Assembly: GCA_963786105.1 (NCBI GenBank)
Contig: CAWAXX010000018.1
Location: 192,958-256,957 of the forward strand
DNA length: 64,000 nt
From: Vulcanimicrobiota bacterium
GTDB taxonomy: Bacteria; Vulcanimicrobiota; Vulcanimicrobiia; Vulcanimicrobiales; Vulcanimicrobiaceae
Direction of reading: 5' to 3'
Numbering within the stretch: position 1 is the first letter of the stretch; the number at the start of each line of letters is the position of its first letter. The notes beneath the pieces are model-generated. The model had not been told where the DNA came from, made no database searches, and worked only from the letters and a program-made list of their open reading frames with translations. The position numbers and the translations under genes were made by a program. Positions 60,191 through 64,000 of the stretch are shown here, piece after piece.

Positions 60191-61833
60191 GAAGTTCGGA
60201 TTCGCGCTCCGAGCTCTCCGGCCGGCCGGAAGCATGGTGGACGCTGGCGTTGCTGGCGGTCGTGCTGTTGGCGCTCGGACTTCGCTTGCACGGCATTCAC
60301 AACCCGATTCTCGACCACCCGGGCTGGCGCCAAGGCGATACCGCCGCGATCGCGCGGAACTTCGCGCGCCTGCAGTACAACTTCATGTATCCGCAAACGA
60401 TCTACGATGGACCGCCTCCGAACTACGTGGAGCTCGAGTTGCAAATCGTCCCGTTCTTGGCCGCAACGCTCTACAAGATTATCGGAATTCACGAGATCTT
60501 CGGAAGGCTCGTCACGTTGACGTTCAGTCTGGCGACGGTCGTAACGCTCGCATACTTCGCGCGTTGGCTGTTCTCCAATTCGCTTGCAGGCCTTATCGCG
60601 GCGTTCTTCTTTGCAGTTTTTCCTGGCAGCGTCTACTACGGACGCACGTTCATGCCCGACTCCGCTATGGTGTTCTTCTTATGCGCGGCGCTGTACGCGA
60701 CGACGCGCTTTCTCCTCGAAGACGGCCGCCTCGCGCCGCGGCCTATGGCGCGGGTGGCCGCGCTTCTGACGCTCGCGTACCTCGCGAAACCGGTCGCGGT
60801 TCTTGCCGTGGTGCCGCTCGTATCCGGAGTCTGGGAGCGCGCACGCGCGGGTCTGCCGACAAGGCCGACGGCCGTGGCGGTGCTCCTGATCGTTCCGCTG
60901 CTCATCCTCTGGTTGTACGACCGCCGGGTCGCGTCGTATGCCGAGTGGCATTGGGCGAGCGGCATAACGCAGCTTCACGTCTTACCCGCCCTTCGTAACG
61001 CCCTTACCAGCGTTGCGGCCTTCGCGCAGAAGTTAGCGGCTTTCCGCGACGTCATCGCAATGTTCCGCGAAACCATGCTCGGCACGGCTGGCTTCCTCTG
61101 CTCGCTGGCCGCTTTCGTCGCACTCCCGTGGATCGCCGCGCGCAGCCGCGCGCTGTTATGGGCCTGGTTGATTGGCGGACTCGCCTACGTTTTCGTCGTG
61201 GTGACCGTCGAACGAGTCGACTACTATATGCTCCCGCTGGTGCCTCTCTGCGCGCTCGTCATCGGGGGAGCGCTCGCGCGTTTCGCGGACGGCGTACGTG
61301 ACGCCGGCGTCGCCCCGCCTGCGCGCTGGGCCATCTTGGCGCTACTGCCGGTTCTTGGCGCCGTCGTGCTCCTTCAAGGCCGCGCCGCGGTCGCTTCGTA
61401 CTATCACTACAATAAGCAGGCGTATCGAAGCGCCGCGTACTTGAACGCAACGCTCGATCGGCACGCACTGGTCGTTATCGGCCATTACGGGCCCGACGTA
61501 CAATACTACATCGACCGCTTCGGCTGGGAAGAAGATCCAGCCCTTTGGAACCCTTTCGACGAGCAAAGCGCGATTCGCAAGGGCGCGCGTTACTTCATCT
61601 CGATCGAGGACAACCGCTTGCGCCGCAACGCCGACCTGTGCGCCTGGCTGCAAAGGTTTCCCGTGCGCGACCCGCATTCGGGGTGGATCGTTTACGAAAC
61701 CGACCCGGCTAAGCAGTTACCAAATGCCGACGCGTTCTGGCGGGCCTTTCGCGATGCCGAACGGTCTGGAAGCGGCCGCGCATTCCTCAACCGCCACGGC
61801 CGTTGCGCGCTGCGCTCGGCGGCGTCATCCTGA
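60190..61833 (+). CDS. ArnT/PMT-like (GT39/GT83) membrane glycosyltransferase; in frame with GtrA as sequenced
   Basis: WRQGDTAAIARNF, YGRTFMPD and LAKP motifs, many TMs. Start codon not identified. Confidence 0.82.
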   Translation, partial: GSSDSRSELSGRPEAWWTLALLAVVLLALGLRLHGIHNPILDHPGWRQGDTAAIARNFARLQYNFMYPQTIYDGPPPNYVELELQIVPFLAATLYKIIGIHEIFGRLVTLTFSLATVVTLAYFARWLFSNSLAGLIAAFFFAVFPGSVYYGRTFMPDSAMVFFLCAALYATTRFLLEDGRLAPRPMARVAALLTLAYLAKPVAVLAVVPLVSGVWERARAGLPTRPTAVAVLLIVPLLILWLYDRRVASYAEWHWASGITQLHVLPALRNALTSVAAFAQKLAAFRDVIAMFRETMLGTAGFLCSLAAFVALPWIAARSRALLWAWLIGGLAYVFVVVTVERVDYYMLPLVPLCALVIGGALARFADGVRDAGVAPPARWAILALLPVLGAVVLLQGRAAVASYYHYNKQAYRSAAYLNATLDRHALVVIGHYGPDVQYYIDRFGWEEDPALWNPFDEQSAIRKGARYFISIEDNRLRRNADLCAWLQRFPVRDPHSGWIVYETDPAKQLPNADAFWRAFRDAERSGSGRAFLNRHGRCALRSAASS

Positions 61834-61844
61834 GCGGAGGCGCA
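61824..61844 (+). repeat. Truncated REP-like element forming the glycosyltransferase stop
   Basis: GTCATCCTGAGCGGAGGCGCA. Confidence 0.8.
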
Positions 61845-61889
61845 GCGTTCATCCACCGCACGGGCGCTCCGCTCGTGTTGGAACGCGGT

Positions 61890-62672
61890 TTACGGGCCGA
61901 TGCCGTCGTAGGTTCTCAGGGCGTTATGAAACGCTTCCGGTTGAACGGAAATGCTGCCGCGGTATGGATAGTTTAGCGCGACGGTCAAAAACAGCACGAG
62001 CCCGATGAGTACGCTCAGCGCCCCGGTCATGAGCTGCTGCATCACGTCCCGGCGAAAGCCGAAGAGATAGGTGAACCCTACGGTAACGACCGCGCCGGCT
62101 ATCAATATCATCCACATGATGCCGTTGATTCCGGTGGCATCCTCCGACAAACGGACGTCACGGTCGGTCAACGCAGTATTCATAGCCGTCAGCATCTGGT
62201 CGTGAACATCTTGCTCCGCTTGCGTCGTGATCGGCAGGCTGCGCACGATGCTGTCGACCTTCTCCAGCTGGCGATCGGCCGTCTCCGATTCCTGACCTCG
62301 ACGCATCTTCGGCCATTCGTCGGCCACGACGGTCGCGGTATACTGGCGAATCGCGGCGCGCAGCGGCTGTTTTTGTTGAAACATATCCGCGTCGCGATAA
62401 ACCAGCGACAGTGCGCCGGCCTCTTCGTAACTGCGCGATTCCGCTTGTTGGAAGCGCTCCCAGACGCCGATGGTAACGAAGGCCAATAGCACTGCGTAGA
62501 TCACGCCGATTACGGCCAGAATGAAGCCGGCCAAGTCGTTGTGTTCCATCCGTATTTCGCGCGGCGCAAGCTTGTCCACGAAATAGCCCACGAGGAGGGT
62601 ACCCACCAAGAAGCCGCCGACGATCACTATTCCACTGCCGGCCGTCGGTAGCGATTCGATCCACTCAATCAT
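61890..62672 (-). CDS. DUF4239 (bestrophin-like) membrane protein
   Basis: HND..G....IGVIYAVLLAF....VW..F and L.YPY.G.ISV.P..F motifs. Confidence 0.85.
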   Translation of the reverse strand: MIEWIESLPTAGSGIVIVGGFLVGTLLVGYFVDKLAPREIRMEHNDLAGFILAVIGVIYAVLLAFVTIGVWERFQQAESRSYEEAGALSLVYRDADMFQQKQPLRAAIRQYTATVVADEWPKMRRGQESETADRQLEKVDSIVRSLPITTQAEQDVHDQMLTAMNTALTDRDVRLSEDATGINGIMWMILIAGAVVTVGFTYLFGFRRDVMQQLMTGALSVLIGLVLFLTVALNYPYRGSISVQPEAFHNALRTYDGIGP

Positions 62673-62687
62673 CCGGTAAGCCACATT

Positions 62688-63350
62688 CTAAGGCAATGGG
62701 AGTAGCGAGGTGGTATTCGACGTCGTCGACTGTGAAGACGTTTCCGGGACGCCCGACGTCACCAGCTGCCGGTAGAGAATGAGATGGTTCCCGTTCTTGA
62801 CGGTGTCGAGCTGGAGTTCGTAGCTACGCTTGATCGCCTCCGTCAGGTCGTTGGCGTCAAACGTGTAGCTGAATTGCTTGAGGCTTCGCAACAAAAGCTT
62901 GTTCGTTACGTCGAGCTGCTCGTAAGAACGCGCAAGGGCGACCCCCGCCTCCCGATAGCTCGGATAGTTCGAAATGACGATCTCCCGTTTGAGGCGCGCC
63001 TGGTCGATCGTCCTTTTGAGCGCGGCGAGCCGAACGCTCTCCGGGTTGACGACTAGACCGTCGTTGATGGTCGCCAACGCGCCGTCGAAGGCGCCTTTGG
63101 CGTACTGCGCTTGCGCGAATGCCGCCGCCGCTCGCACGTATCCGGCCTGCGCACGCGGATCTTTCGGATCGACGCGCAGGGCCAGCCGGTAGGACAGTTC
63201 CGCGTCGCTGACGTCCCCGCGCTCGAGCGCGATTTCCCCCTGGTGCACGCGCGTGTCCACGATCCACTGCTGAATCGAGCCGGCACATCCCGCCAGCCCC
63301 AGCGTCAGAGCCAGGGCGATGGCTGCGCTACGCGCTTGCATGGGCTTCAT
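62688..63350 (-). CDS. TPR-like lipoprotein
   Basis: Lipobox LAGC; Y.LAL.VDP and helical TPR-like repeats. Confidence 0.75.
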   Translation of the reverse strand: MKPMQARSAAIALALTLGLAGCAGSIQQWIVDTRVHQGEIALERGDVSDAELSYRLALRVDPKDPRAQAGYVRAAAAFAQAQYAKGAFDGALATINDGLVVNPESVRLAALKRTIDQARLKREIVISNYPSYREAGVALARSYEQLDVTNKLLLRSLKQFSYTFDANDLTEAIKRSYELQLDTVKNGNHLILYRQLVTSGVPETSSQSTTSNTTSLLPLP

Positions 63351-64000
63351 CCACGGTTCACCAAATGCGCCACGACCTTGATAATTTCCGCCGCGGGCCA
63401 CAGAATGAGCTGCGACAGCAGCCATCCCACGATTGCGGTCGCCGAAAGGTAAAATACCATCGCCTTCACTTCCTTGTGCGGGCGCTCTCCTTTAACGGCC
63501 TCGTCAACGATAATCGACGATGTGGGATCGACGAAAAGCGTGAACGCAATCGTACCGATGCCGTTGATTATTCCCGAAATGCCGATGGCGGTGCGCGCGA
63601 CGTTGACGTCCAGGATGCTCGCGTAATACGCGGCTACCACGCCGATCGCGTAGACGCCGGTGACGACCACGTTAAAGATCAGCAGCCGTCGGGGTATGCC
63701 GCGCGTCGAGAACGCGAAGATTTCGCGATAATGGGGGACGCGGATTCGCTGCAGAAGCGCGCCGATCACGCGCGGATCGAACATTCGCAACATCGAATGC
63801 GGCAGGGACTTCGTACGCTCGAACGATTTTACGCCGCGCACGTATACGTACGTAAACATCGGCAATAGGAGGCTCCCGATGATGGTCCCGACCGTACCGG
63901 CGATGATGATGGCGCGCAGTTGCCACTCGAACGTATGCTGAACGGCCAGGACTGCCGCCGCCCGATCCGGCGCTATTGCATGCGACGGCAGGCGCGGCAG
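63347..64000 (-). CDS. amj: Lipid II flippase Amj (DUF2837), 5'-truncated by the window edge
   Basis: Frame is open to the window end; GT..G..LLP.F, YAIGV and SGIINGI.TI..T.FVDP motifs. Confidence 0.85.
   Translation of the reverse strand: MPRLPSHAIAPDRAAAVLAVQHTFEWQLRAIIIAGTVGTIIGSLLLPMFTYVYVRGVKSFERTKSLPHSMLRMFDPRVIGALLQRIRVPHYREIFAFSTRGIPRRLLIFNVVVTGVYAIGVVAAYYASILDVNVARTAIGISGIINGIGTIAFTLFVDPTSSIIVDEAVKGERPHKEVKAMVFYLSATAIVGWLLSQLILWPAAEIIKVVAHLVNRG

Overview
GC-rich bacterial chromosomal segment. Gene order and the expanded lipoprotein/phosphoesterase families suggest Ca. Eremiobacterota (Vulcanimicrobiota); this is inference only. Bases 1-13.7 kb are accessory: a GH35-like hydrolase, tRNA-Leu, secreted proteins, an alcohol dehydrogenase, an AI-2E transporter, a frameshifted sulfatase with a methyltransferase, and a phosphoesterase. 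The rest is mostly housekeeping: HU, aroA, five more tRNAs with tadA, the rpsU-yqeY-nfeD-floA-phoH-ybeY-dgkA-hlyC-recO-ruvX-mltG string, rpmE-prfA-prmC-pyrG, leuCD-like genes, glpX, nadE-cinA, membrane glycosyltransferases and amj. No CRISPR array, integrase or transposase was seen. Five signals stand out. (1) A luciferase-free LuxE + LuxC + class III aminotransferase + Gfo/Idh/MocA cluster, a possible carboxylate-to-amine pathway. (2) A GTCATCCTGAGC REP-like family that supplies stop codons of four genes and the prmC start, and extends RF1. (3) Several conserved genes that appear to start at ATT, CTG or ACG. (4) A tRNA-Ser 3'-end duplication with a built-in antisense arm. (5) A hairpin MITE fused to the recO/ruvX junction. 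Several single-base frameshifts suggest consensus errors, so single-base claims need read-level checks.
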